This document shows, one piece after another, positions 1 through 12,900 of a stretch of 64,000 bases of DNA. The stretch's first letter is position 1. Each line of letters starts with the position of its first letter. The stretch spans positions 238,959 through 302,958 of the forward strand of contig FLMG01001010.1 in assembly GCA_900088475.1 (NCBI GenBank), read 5' to 3'. A program made the translations under genes and the position numbers. Origin of the DNA: Hyphochytrium catenoides (taxonomy: Eukaryota > Protista > Hyphochytriomycota). The notes beneath the pieces are model-generated. The model saw only the letters and a program-made list of their open reading frames with translations. It ran no database searches and was not told the DNA's origin.

Positions 1-26
1 CCGAGAAAATAGTGGGGAGAACGTAC

Positions 27-1414
27 CAGCTTTGCCGTGGCAGAGGTAAGATTCTTGTTAAGCATCTCGACGGCTTCTGCACATGTGTACTCGAGCATAA
101 CATTTGCCTACAAAGAGCACCGATACCTGAGCTGAACTTCCTTTCCAAGCCTTCATGGCTGGTCGCCTCAGGACAACCGAGCGCATCTTCCCCTTCTGCT
201 TTTATCGTTTATCTCTATCACTAACGCCCGCCTTGGCCTCACTGAGGGTATTGACAACTGTCCACGGCGTCTTCTTGACTTATGTGGGTCCTCCCTCTAT
301 CTCTCGCTCAGACAAACTCCACATTCTGTCTAGCTTCTCTTATAAGCGCTTTTGCGTCTAACCCTTGTGTTAGTACAAGTCCACCTGCCTTGCCCAAAGT
401 ATCTGAGCCTCGGTTTTAGCCTTATGCTTATTGTCATCTATTTCTTGTCTTCGTTCCTCCCCATATTGGTGTGCTACTTACCCCTAGCCACAAGCAAACA
501 GAGTCCTGAGCAGGGTCTATCTCCGCATTGGCAAAAACGTTATCTGCCAGGCTAAACCGTGTCTGGAGCTTCTCTTCATTTTCCTTAAAAGGACACGAGG
601 ATGAGGATGATGACAGAAAGGGAAACACGTACACATAGACAGATTAAAGCAATGATGTTTGAGCAGTGGTTAGACCAGTCCAGAGTGTAGACAAACAAAG
701 CTACGCAGTATTTCCTTCCACTTCTTCTCGCCGATTGCCGTTCGTACTCAATTACTCCCCCTCTTTCCTTCACGTTTGCCATAGATCTCACTTGCCAAAT
801 TACCTTCTTTTCGTGCAGGAGCTGCACCATCGCCAGGGTCTTCTCAATGTCTGGTAGCTTTGTCTTCAGCTGGGCCTTATTCTTCAACATATGGCTCTCC
901 ATGAACTGATACTTCCTACGCCCGACCGACCACGGAAGACTCATTAGTTTGTGTGTGGCCGCCGTAGAGGTGCCAAAGGAGTGACAACTGCCAAGTGCGA
1001 CCATCTCTCTCGGGTGAAAAGAAGCTTGGAAACGATCGAGAACGGAAGTGCAAACCGGTAAAGTTCTTCAATGGCAGCGATGATGACGTCCACCGTCCCT
1101 AGTGCTCCTAAGGAACCTAGAAAGTCCTCAACGTTATCCTAGAGAGAGAGCATCGGTCAATGAAGAGAAGAGCCAGAGACAAAAAGGTACCCGGAGCACG
1201 AGTCCCGTTGAAAGACTCCAATGTGCACAATACACTAGGCACGAGCAATATAACCATCGCAACTAGCTGTAGGGGGTGCATAGAAAACGCCTCTCAAGAG
1301 CCGAAAATGAGGGTGACTTACGATAAAATTAGCCTTGGGGATGCCTCTGGGATTCCTCTCCCCAGTGAGCTTGGCTGTGACCTCGCTTACCGGCAGACTA
1401 GCTGTACTATCCAT
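27..1414 (-). CDS. PFDN3: Prefoldin subunit 3 (VBP1/PAC10 family), 3' end outside window
   Basis: Exons 1414-1322, 1138-1056, 915-804, 583-482 and 107-27 with phase-compatible GT-AG introns. Spliced protein: MDSTASLPVSEVTAKLTGERNPRGIPKANFI-DNVEDFL...EELYRKYQFMESHMLKNKAQLKTKLPDIEKTL...ENEEKLQTRFSLADNVFANAEI...VCLWLGANVMLEYTCAEAVEML. NPRGIPKA, KYQFME and LWLGANVMLEY are hallmark prefoldin-3 motifs. Confidence 0.95.
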
Positions 1415-2198
1415 AGCTAGCTTCTGATTTTCTACACAAAGTGCAAGGAGCAAGCTTTGCTGATCGAACCTCTTCCTGGCAGATAGCTTTTCTGAATGGA
1501 GAGAAAGAAGTACGAACCCGAGGAGGTGGCGGATTACCAAAGTGGAGGCGAAGAGAGGGCAAAGCTGTGAGGAAGATGAGACGTGGGGGCGAATCTTTTC
1601 AACATCGTATAGAGTTTGTACTCGTATCATAACCCTGTTCATGGAAATCCTGCCGCGCTCAACAGGAAGCCAAGAAGCTCCAACGCCGCTGAAGGAACAA
1701 ACTACGCCATCCTTTCATTGAAGATATGGCTTACTACTACAACGAACACTAGCTTGGTACTGTAGGAAGTGGTATTGTAGAGTGTTGACAATTCCATGTA
1801 AAAAAGTTCTTGCTGACATGTTAGCTGAGCAATGCACCGCGATGATGATGAACAAAGGAGGTAGAAGGTGGATGAAGAGGTAGCGCAAGCAACATCATCC
1901 TGGTGCTAGGGCCGACGACTGAAGTTTTGGAGGAAGGATATCTATTGAGGGCTTATTATGAGGATAAGTGTCACCTTGCAGAGCGAGGCTATTACTTCCC
2001 TGTTTGTAGCAATAAATAAAGAAGCGATGAAGTCCATGGAAGGGGCAATATACAGAGAATCACTTAAAGACACTAACCTTAAAGTAAGAGCTGTCCAAGA
2101 GCAATATGAGGTTTCTCAGTGATGGTTAATGGATAGATGATGATTGGCAGCGAGGGGAAAGAGGATCCCAGCCCCAAGACCAACAGAGTCCGCTATTT

Positions 2199-2354
2199 CT
2201 TGATGAACATCCCTAGATTCTTTAGCTTTATTGATGTATGCTGCTCACTGGCATCTCCATAAAATTAACTAGGAGCTTGATGAACATCCCTAGATTCTTT
2301 AGCTTTATTGATGTATGCTGCTCACTGGCATCTCCATAAAATTAACTAGGAGCT
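2199..2354. repeat. Perfect 77-bp tandem duplication
   Basis: cttgatgaacatccctagattc...aaaattaactaggag starts at 2199 and again, identical, at 2276. Confidence 0.95.
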
Positions 2355-2531
2355 AGAACCTACGAACCTAACCCGCACAATTGCACCTTATTCTAAAAGA
2401 CATGTACTGTTATCTTGAAAATGTCGTGACTTCGCCACTCGGTGTGGGATGAGTGACTGGATAGCTAGCTAGGTAGAATGATCTACCCAAGACAGAGAGC
2501 CCTTAGTGCATCCGCGAGGAATCCCTCCTGA

Positions 2532-3601
2532 CTAGCCCGATCGCTTAATAAACTGCTCTTCCATATACTTCCAAAGTACCGAGAACAGCATACCCTGCAT
2601 ACCGTTGGCAATGATTCTCGTCTTCAGACCACGACCAAAAAGGCCAGCCAGTCCATCGCTATCAATAACCATTCGAGCGGCAGCAGGATAGGAGATTGGT
2701 TCATGACTGGTCTGTTTCGTCGTCTTTATCACTCGAATAGAGTTTGATACGGTATCCGAGACAACAGAAGAGGTGAAACCAATAATCGCGTTTCTGCCAA
2801 GTTTGTGCAGCGTCTTATCTGCCTCCGCTTTTGGAAGCTTCTCTTGCAAAAAATTGTACGTCGCAAACCACGGATAGTGGCCAGCGAAGGTAGCTCCCGA
2901 CGCTGCCAGAGCACCGTGGTAGAGGACAGGGACGCCGCCCTTTCCAAGTTTGGTTTTGAGCACTGACATGCCCTTAGCACCATCCACTTGCAGACTAGTC
3001 TTCAAAGTATCGATAGGCATGAGAAAGATGCGCCAAAGAGCAGCAGTTCCAGAAGCCGCAAGGGTCTTTACTGCTACTGGGAGGTCCCTTGTTGCCGCGG
3101 TGTTATCAAGCAGCGCGAGCACTCCTGAGTTTGCAGCTGTGTCGCCAAACCTCGAGAGAGGGCCCTGAAGCAACGAGTGGGAAGTCTTAGAAGGACAAGA
3201 GTAGAAGCTGAAAACAAGAGCTCGCTACCTGTAAAAGCGCGGGTCCAACTCCACGATAGAATCGCCGAACTCCTCCGTCCTTATACAAGGCTTTCAGAGC
3301 CTCGGTAGTGGACGTACCATAACGGTACTGATAGTTCATCGTGGTCCTCAACCACATGAGGGACATCACCTGGATACCCATGGCAGCAGCCCCAGGAAGG
3401 CCACCTCCTAGCGCTCTCTTCCCTGCCTTCTTTAGTACCTCGGAAAAAGGAGGGTGCTCGGTAGTCAGAAGTACTGTGGACCCAGAGGGAGATTGGTCAG
3501 GTACGTAGCTCCACTAACAATGTATTGATGTCGAGTTCACCTGGTGCGTTAGCAAGCTCTGCCTGGGGCTTGATGGCAACGGTGGTAGCCGAAGGCGCCA
3601 T
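2532..3601 (-). CDS. Mitochondrial carrier family (SLC25-like) protein, ~312 aa
   Basis: Exons 3601-3541, 3473-3229 and 3164-2532. Three-repeat carrier architecture with [20 protein letters not shown] and [15 protein letters not shown] motifs. Confidence 0.92.
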
Positions 3602-6600
3602 GATTCAGAGAGGCGAAGAGCTCTGTTTTGAGTTAGTCCCCTACCAGTCTATAAAACAGCGAAGGTGCTGGCGACGTCAAAGTCCGTGGAGTTCTCCGAC
3701 AGACTCACCGCCAGCAGTCAATGAGGTGAACAAGAGAGGGAAAAAGAGCAAGTGAATGACAAGGCTTGACCCCCAAAAGCATTGCACTCTATGGGTAAGG
3801 ATCTTCTAAGAAACATTAGGCCAAGTTAGTGTTGAGGGTGCTTGAAGGTTGTCTCCAGGATATCCCAGTCTTTATCACTGTTGCTTCAAACTACCAGCTT
3901 GTCACAGGTGATGCTAAACAATAAAATGTATATCCTCGAGTTCTAAAACAGGTCACTGTAACTCTTGATTCTCCTCTCTGCCCTGTCAACGAGACAGAAG
4001 GGAGACAAACGAGGGAGAATAAGAAAGTGAAAGGCTAAAGAGATATTGATGAAAACACCATTCTGTAAGGAAGATAGCCAGACCCCAACATCACAAGAAC
4101 ACACCCAAATCTGATGATTGAAGGAAAGAAACATTTGTTTGCAAGGAATCGCTCCTAAGAGACTTTCTACCATTAAACCTGCATCATTGCTGATTGTTGC
4201 TGATTATGAAATATTCTCTCCTAAAGTTGCGGTTTGATGTCTGATCCCTCACCACGACAAGTGCCAAAAAGACAGTTTGACCTGCAGTATCCACTTGTAT
4301 TCTGAATAATACGGATTATGTAAAAGCTATCCGGAATGACCTCCATTTATAAAAGCTCTATTCGCAATAAAATTGCCGATGATGATCGAAAGGTGATGCC
4401 TTCCTGTCATTTATTGCCGCGGTTAGGCTCTATGTCCATTCCAGGTGGAAGAAAGAGCAAGGGTAAAGCTATAGTTCTAGAACTGAGAGCAGCTGTGTGC
4501 AGAAGAAGCATGGGAGCTAGCTCTCCTCTTGACAGGCATTCACGTCGGCTTGCCATCACGACATTTCCCGCTGCCCTCTCTCTGTCACCGTTAGCCTCTC
4601 ACACCATACCATGGCCGCCACAGTCAACAATGGGGCTTGAGTGAGTGGAGGGCTTGTCATGGAGTGCGGGTGCTTCCTACCTCCATCAACAAAAAGGATA
4701 TGCCGTAGAAGGAGAACTATCCTGTCCAGCTTGTTGTTATCACTGCTGTTCCCATCATCGCCCACGCCTTTTGTGCTCTCCCAAACAACTTCAACTTTTT
4801 GGGCGGTTACGTTCCAGATGATGACAGCTTTCTCACGCCCGTTCGCACGCCGTAAGTAGTAATTAGTAAGTGCGCAACAGAGATTTTGATTGATGGCTTG
4901 TGGTGGGGTGTCTCGAGGGAGTGGAGTTCTGGTACTTCTGGTTGGAACTGTGTAGGAAAGTGGCCTTTGGTTCGATGCGTCATTAGCCAATACCAATGCA
5001 GGCTATAAACCCTGAGAGATTATCATCACGAACTCTATTGCTGCGCTTGCTCTTATAAGTCTCTACAGTTGCTAAATAAAAAAGCATCAAGTGCTGAGTT
5101 ACGGTAGCTGTGATGGTCAGTATATATGTATTCTGATGGTCAGCACTTCTCTGCCTTTTACTTCTTAGCGCTTCGAATGGCAACGAGACTACTACTATGC
5201 GATCCAAGATTCTTAAACTGACAAAGTAACAAGAGACGTGCAGATCACAATCGCTGAGGCATGGTTGGTAATGCAAGAATAGGGCACTACAGTCTATACG
5301 GCAGGACGCATAACGGTGCATAGCAGAGAGTTTGTCACCCTTGAAAGCACGGGAGGTGTAGTACATAGCAACGTAAAAAGAAGGTGGCAGACACTTCCAG
5401 CCAAAAGTATGGCAAAGCGTGACGTTACTCTCGTGATGGGCCAGACAAGCTAGAGAAAGCATCCCGCTGCGCTCTGCCGTCTACTGATCTAAAAATGATG
5501 ACAAGAAGCGCCACATGTTGGGATCGGTGTACATATGTAAAGCTAAAAGGAAGGATGTATGTTGGGCTCCGTCTATAAGATCGTTTCTTATGATCAATAG
5601 AGCCTTGGCGCTTTAGCCAAAACAAATAGGGAGATGATGGAGTAACTAGTTGCAATATTGTTAGCAAGAGGAAGAATAATACTTAATAGAGAATAGTAAG
5701 GAGAAGTATGGTTCCTTTGCTAGAAGGATTCAACAACCAATCTTCCAGCATCTTATCCGTCTCACTGGCCCATGATGCTCCTTTTTTTGCTTCCTATAAA
5801 TAAGAAGGTTGTAGTTGCACTACTGCCCTCACTGTTCTTCTCAATCTATTTATCGTTTCGACGATGACTGAATGATGGGCCCCTTCTGGATGATGAGGGA
5901 TGGCGGGCTTTCAGCATAGCTCATTCTGATAGTGATGCTTAGCTTAGTACTAAGAAGAGCCAAGAACAATTGAATGCTGTATGCTAATCAACAACAACAA
6001 CCCCAAATGATAAAGGACAACTAGAACCCACTATACCTTCAACGATGAGTCAAATAGAAGTCCCACGCTTCTTCTGAATGACCGTTGACCGCAATGGTAA
6101 CATCATCATTATACTATTATTGATCAATCTGACTACTTCTTATCTGGACGATGATGCGAAATCATAAGAGAGATACTACCGCGGCGGATCACCTAATTAC
6201 CGCCTACAGAGCCCTTGTCATCCATCATAATATTATTATCATTATCACAGCTGTAAATATATCCTTGTGACAGGTTTACCTGGATCTGTGCTGAACGAAC
6301 TCTCAGTCTCTACCTCAGTGGCATCCACCAAGTGATGAACAGAAGAAGAAGGAACCATTATTGAGAGGAAGCAGATGACTCACTTCTTCTCAATCAAGCG
6401 AAAAAACAAGACAGACTGCGCCAGTTGGGCTGTAGGAAGAAGCGATCCGAATCCTGGCCGTTAGCTGCTAGCGAGCTTAGTTGAAGGTTCTTGTCTGTAG
6501 ATCTGAACTGTTGATGGGATGGAGCTTTGTCGCCGCCTTTGCGGTCTGTTAGATGATGGGAGAAACATCCTCCTCCTGAGCTCTTTTACATCGGTTATTC

Positions 6601-6959
6601 TCACGTCCTCTTCTGCTGCGGAATTGGCCGCCTGTCCAGAAGAAGAAATCACCTTTGAAGAATCCCGAGGAGGAATGGCGGATGCCGACAATCACTAGCA
6701 TTGAGTCACTGGTTGTGGTTATTCACTGATGGGATGAGGAGGAGGATTATGACCCTGCGTATCAAGCGTAATTTAAGAACGAGGAGGGTGCCCCGGTGCT
6801 GTGTGCGGCGTTGGTTAAGAAAGCCGCCGATAGAACCGAGTGAAGGAAAGCCAAAAACACCTATGAAGTAGCTCAATACACGCGGTGAGGTGCCAGCGCG
6901 TCATAAAAGGACAAGTTTCTCCGTGGAACAAGCCGCTGGAGAATAGACCAAATAGCACC

Positions 6960-9900
6960 ATGTCTGCCGTGCTGGACTACCTGTCATCTCCGCTTAGGAA
7001 CCTTATAACGCAGACACTCCAGTCTATCCTAAGCAAGTACATTGAGAACATCAAGTTGGACAGTCTAGGGGTCTTTGGGGAGCTGGTGCTCAACAACCTT
7101 GAGCTGAAACGTGATGTCCTTCGCAGTTCATTACAGATTCCCTCAGGTCGCTTACTCCAGCTCTCTCTAAGTAGCCACTGTGTCTCTGAAAAGAGTGTTG
7201 CATTTGCTGCCTTTCCAACGTATAATTCTTGTCGTCTGTCATTGTGCTTGTATTTCAGTCTGAATCAATGCACTCGACGGAGTGTTTGTTTTGCCTGACA
7301 CGAGCGTGTGTCATCTGCAGCTTTTGATATTACTAGGGGATTCCTGCGCGAGCTAAAAATTCTGATTCCATGGAGGCAGATACTGACTCAGTCAATAGAA
7401 GTGAGTTCTACCGTTGAGCAGTCTACGAAATTCAATAGACTTAAGATCAAATGGTGACGTTATAGGTCAAACTCTCAACGATTGAGGTCATTCTTACAGC
7501 CAGAGGAACGGAGGGACTTGAGGTAATGCCCCTTGATGGCCAAGAAGCTTTTGATGAATTTGCACTAGCCTTGCTCTAATAATGTTAATCTCCTCATCTC
7601 AGGACTTAGAAGTAGTTGCGGCACAAGACAACACAGTGGAGGCTAAGAGCGATGCTCCAACTAACAAAGAGAAGCGGCCCTCGAAGGGAGAAGTGCCAGG
7701 ATCTGCTCAAGGTGGAAAGGGATGGGGTCAGTCTCTGCTTAATAAGCTTGCAGGTGTGCCGGGAATCTTGTTAATGAGATTAGTGCTCCTCGGTCAAGCT
7801 GACGTGACTGTTTGTTTCAATCAAAAAGCTCATGTCACCATTTCAGTGACAAACCTTGTCTTTAAGTACGAACAGGAGGATATCGTGCTCTCTCTGGCGT
7901 TGGGAAGTCTGAATATATTCACCGCAAATCCGGACGCTAACTGGCAAAGAACAGCGACCGCGGCAGAATCTACTAACTCAAAGCTAGATCCTAGATTTTA
8001 CAATTTTAACTGTCGTCGTACTATCTTCAAGGTGGCGGAGCTGAAGGACCTCTCTATCTTTTTAGACAGAGCTGCGGTGCGAGAGACGAAGGTCAGGAGA
8101 GGTTCCTTTGGTGACTTGAAAAGTTCTCTTAGGCTTAGCTACGCTTACCCTCTCTACTTTCCTTGAACTGCCTGTAGGACGGATCAGTCAGGGTTGCTCA
8201 GATCAATGAGGCGCCTCTACTCAGCCGAACTGCTATAAACTGTCGAGCGATGTTATTGCTCGAAAGAGAGGAGGAGGAAGAGTTTCCAAACTCGTACCAG
8301 AGGTCAAAGACCGATGCACAAGGAAACCCAGAGGACCGGCCCACTTTTAAAGAGAAGTCGCCTATAGGAGAAGTAGAGGAGACGATAGCTCTGGGTCCCG
8401 ATTTGGTTTTGGATCCATTTTATGACGGTTCCCGTAAGAAAGACTGATGTTGCCCTTGCCCAAGTACTCCAATCTACTCCCGGCTCTCTAGACCTAACCC
8501 TCTCTCCCCTTCACATGACTCTGAATCCTAGCTGGTCGTCCTCCTTGCTTACCTAGCTACGCTGTGCCTGGTCTTGGTCCTGATCCGTTCTTCTAAACCT
8601 CCTTAACCTTCAAAATCAGAGAGTAATGCAGGGGGGTCTCTACAAGTGGAGGAGATTCGAGCAGTTGTTGACATTAACGTCGAAAATCTGGCATTCTCCA
8701 TCAGCGATCGGCAGATTGGTAAGAAGTTACCAACAGTAAGGCGCTCTGGGCCTTCATTGAAGCTTCTGAGCCCTTCTGTAGTAATGCTCCACAGATTTGC
8801 TCTGTTAGAAAGGCAAATGGCCTTAGAGATGAAAGAGGAAAGGAGAAGAAGGTCCAAAAGCTCACAGTTTGCTAGTTTTGACGCTCAAAGCGGAAAATTG
8901 AAAGAACCAACAAAACCTTCAGGTACTTTAATCGAACGCTAGTAGCCCTTTACATCTCTTCGCTTCTTCCTGGTATGTTAACTCTGCCACTTATAACTGT
9001 CCCTATTCGAGCCGTCTTCCCGCAAATCCTCTTTGGCGTTTAGGAGCCTATTGGACTGGTCACCAGGTGCTCATCGGTCCTTCTTTAGATGCTCCGAGCG
9101 AGAGAATGACGACAAAAATATCCAGTGGTGATAGAGATGTGGATGTGCTGGGTTCTGAGCCAGATTCATCCGCCACTTCTCAATCCTCTATATCCAACAA
9201 TGACTCTTCTTGGACGGGATGGGCGATGGGCCTCGTGTCTGGTGGCACTGGTACTGAGGATGAACTGGTCAAGGTACAATTAATTGTTCCTCGATGTGGC
9301 TCCCTGCTGCCGAGCGGCTGCTCACAAGTTTATAGGAACTATTCGAAGAGAGTGAAGCAGCGCTTGCAGCAAGGGAGAGGGAAAGAACGTTACTAGAAGA
9401 GGCCAGACAGGCAAGTGACGTCACTTGAAAAACAAGCGATTGGCTGAACTGCGTGCGTGGCCGGACTCGATATCTCACTTCATACATCGACCTAACCCGC
9501 TCTATGTCTTGCTCGTTCCACTCTCAGAATTACCGGTCAGGTTTCGTGGTAATGGCCGAGGTCAAGAAAGTAACAGTCACTCTTAGAAAGCATACAGAAG
9601 GCTTGACAAGCACGGCTGTCGAACCGGAGATCAACAATGGGGGCGAAGAGGAAGAGCTGGTCTTTGAGCTCGTCCCGGTTGCTAGTCTTGGTCTAGTTAG
9701 GGTTCCGGTTATCAAGCATAAGTCCTCGTAAGTGTTAAGCAGGGGAGAGGAGTGTCGTCCTTCTCATACGACAGATCGTTCAGCTCCGGTCATGAAATTT
9801 CTTAGCTGTCGTCCTCAGATGCCTGGAAGCCGCCAAATTATTGGGTTTGAACCGACTGCTTAACTTGTGAAGATGGTTTGTTGAATCTAACACAATTATT

Positions 9901-12900
9901 GTTAGTGCAAGAAAGGTCGATACTTTTAAGGTACTGGCAGCACTGGAAGTTGGCCGGATTCTAGCTCAGGTGAATAATTGTATAATGCGTGGGCTGCACT
10001 TCTGTAAAGTGTACCTGAACCTACCCGACTATCTCTGTAGCTAGAAGGCCTGTCTCATCTTGATATGATTCGTCGCGACATCAAGCTTGACATAGAAAGG
10101 ATTCAGTTTCGGGAAACGCTTCCTGAAGCGTCAAACTTGAAAGGTAGTAGTGAGTCTTACCGCCTTCTGATCATTGCATTGTGCTTATCAGCTCTCTCAT
10201 AATTATTCCTCAGTGGTTGACTGGGGTCGAACCATGGAAGAAGCAGAACGACGGCGCATTGCCCATCCCTACGACAATTGCTCCCTCTTTGTTGAGGAAA
10301 GTAGAGGGAGAAAGGCATTCTTAGGAGGGCAGGGTCATCGTACTAGTAGATTGAAGCAAGCAGAAGCTTCTTCTGCGACGTGGTAGGTTTAGTCAGAACT
10401 CGTTGGATAACGAAAGGAACTTTGTTTAAAACGGTGTTTCTAGGGTAATCTACCCCACCCTTGAAGGAGGCACATCGCGTCGGTCAACAGTGCCCGGCGA
10501 TCAGACAACAGTGTTGTGGGAGTGGTGCGAGAAGGAAGCTAAACGTATTTGCACTATACATAGAAAAGAGCGGATTAGGCAGAACCACCATCCGGCAGAA
10601 TACTTTTCATTGTTGGTTACTGAACTCCAGCAGTCCCTATCATTCTTTAGCGTGGACCCTGGGACACTTGATGTTACAAAGGAAGTGTGGGTACGTTAGG
10701 TCAATTTGTCGTGAGCTAGCTTACCTAGTGTTCCTGCCTACATCACTCCTGCATCAAAGTTACTCCGGCTCCTCGTGGCTGCTGCCAAGTACCTTTCCCA
10801 GTGTAATATTTCATCCCTGTTATATGCAGAGTATTCTCTCCAGATGCTTTGATGCCAAAGACTGCGAAACCATTAGTGCGCAAAAGGAGCTTCAATTCGT
10901 AACTCTGCTATTTACACTTCTGTCTAGACTAAAAGCAGAAGAAACAGGTACGCAGTCCTTACTCTTTCGCCTCTATGGCGGCATTTGAGCCGGTCATTCC
11001 CTGTTGAGTAGATTTAGACTGTAGTCAGTAGAAGAGATGCATTACTAAATGCAGAAGGCAGTTGAAATGAACTGAGAGTAGAGGGATGTCGGGATTGTGG
11101 TCTTCTTGGAATATAGCGTTGCTACGGGACATGCGCTATGGTGATACCACAGCGATGGCTGACAATTGACCAACGATCTTGATGACGGACAGGAGGAAGG
11201 ACTGAAAACGCTTTAAGGGCGAGAATCATTTTGGAGGTGGCTCCATCGACAAGCTCTACAGGAGATCACCCATCGCCAGGGGCCAGGAACCTTGTACTTA
11301 ACATAGCATCTTCCCGGTGTCATGTTCGCTATCCGCCCGCATTAACTCTGACAGTATCCGAAATTCTGGGACGCCTCCCCTCGTCCATTTCAACTGAGCC
11401 TAGGAGGAAACGGTCAGTGCGAAGCCAGTCATCCCTGGATGGCCGCATGGTTGCCTCCAGTGATCAAGGTATCATGATATTAGTACAGCAGGCAATCCTG
11501 AGACGCCCCAGATTGCTTCTTCCCAGAGTCCTTGCAGGATCCACTCCTTCTTTAACCGCTTAACCTCGTAAGTGTTTCGTGAGTTAGTTTACTGTCACCT
11601 TACCATCCCAATGGGTAATTTGCAGAGCAATCCACCGAACCGGAAGCAAGTGGTGATCCCGATATTGACCAGCAGATAGTCCATTTGAAGTTTTCGGTTG
11701 CACTCGAGGGTCTGTCGCTAACGATCCCGCCCATGCAGGGCGATTTGAAGAAGTCCCCCAGGTAAAATTCTCGAAGATGACGGAGAGCATCTCTAACCTT
11801 CTATGTCCCACTCCGAACATAAAAACCTATCGACGAGCTAGATCATTGTCTCACTTCGTTACCTCGTCTGCTCTGCCTGCAATAGCAGTCATCCCGAACT
11901 TGGTTTGGACTGTCATACGAACGAATGGCTCCATTTTAGCGTTTCCCAAGTGGTAGCTGTCTCTTCGATTGCTATGGAGGTAATTTGCCTCAGAGAAATC
12001 GGTGTCGACGCCACATATAGTGCAGCCCAGGGACTAACGTATCTCCCAGGAGAGAAAGATGAAGCTACCTGATTTATCTTTTGAGCTGCAACAGCTGGTT
12101 GTGGAGCTCAGCCCAGAGTCGGAACCTGACCAGACTTTCTCCCCTCTAGAGAGACTCCGCACTTCTCTTATGAAGATTGAGAAGTTACACCTTGGGTGGG
12201 GGGCAAGGCAAAATATTGCTGAAGGCGCCATGGGGGAGTTTAGTCCTCTGTGGCATAATACTTTGGCTCATATTGGGCAAGAGGTGAAGGTACCTCAATG
12301 TTCGCTTGTGGCTGGAATTGCGTGATGCCCTTACAAGGTGCCTCTTGTCTTGAAACCTTCCGAGATAGGGGTTACCCACCAGTGCCAAGCCTGAGGCGGA
12401 GGGCGTACAAGTCTGTCTCGCTGTAAATAGCCTAGAGATAGCTCTGAACGCCGAAACGCTTCTCACTCTCAAGCTGAGAATCACCCATATCTTCGAGGAG
12501 ATAACAAAATTGAAGGAGAGGGCTCTTTCACCATCCAGTAGCTCCATCGGGGTTTCGAAGCCCCTTCGCCCCGTAAAGGGTCAAGCACTTAGCCCGTTAC
12601 TGGATGCACTCCTGGTGGGCAAAGTAGACGGCCTGACCCTGGCACTATCTGTCAGGGCCGACCCCAGAAAGGTAATTGTCCGATCCGACGATTGACGATA
12701 GCGACGTCTTGTGCGTGACTGAAACCCTTCAAGCCGTCGTAGGGATTCTGCCCGGAAAGTAGTGGGAAGTTTCTGTAGGGCACGACGGAAGACGTATTGC
12801 GCTTAAAGGAAAGGGAGGCAATATCCATTATGTCCCTTACGTTTTGTTCTTCGATTTTTAGGGAAATTCGCCCACTTTGCCTCAGCTTGGCTGTCAGGCA

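Noticed and set aside
4225-4250. Kinase-like DIKPQ motif on the minus strand
   Set aside because: An isolated five-residue match followed by a stop, with no other kinase subdomains.
5885-5932. C/D-box snoRNA (ATGATGA...CTGA)
   Set aside because: The boxes are only about 40 nt apart, with no terminal stem or recognisable rRNA guide.
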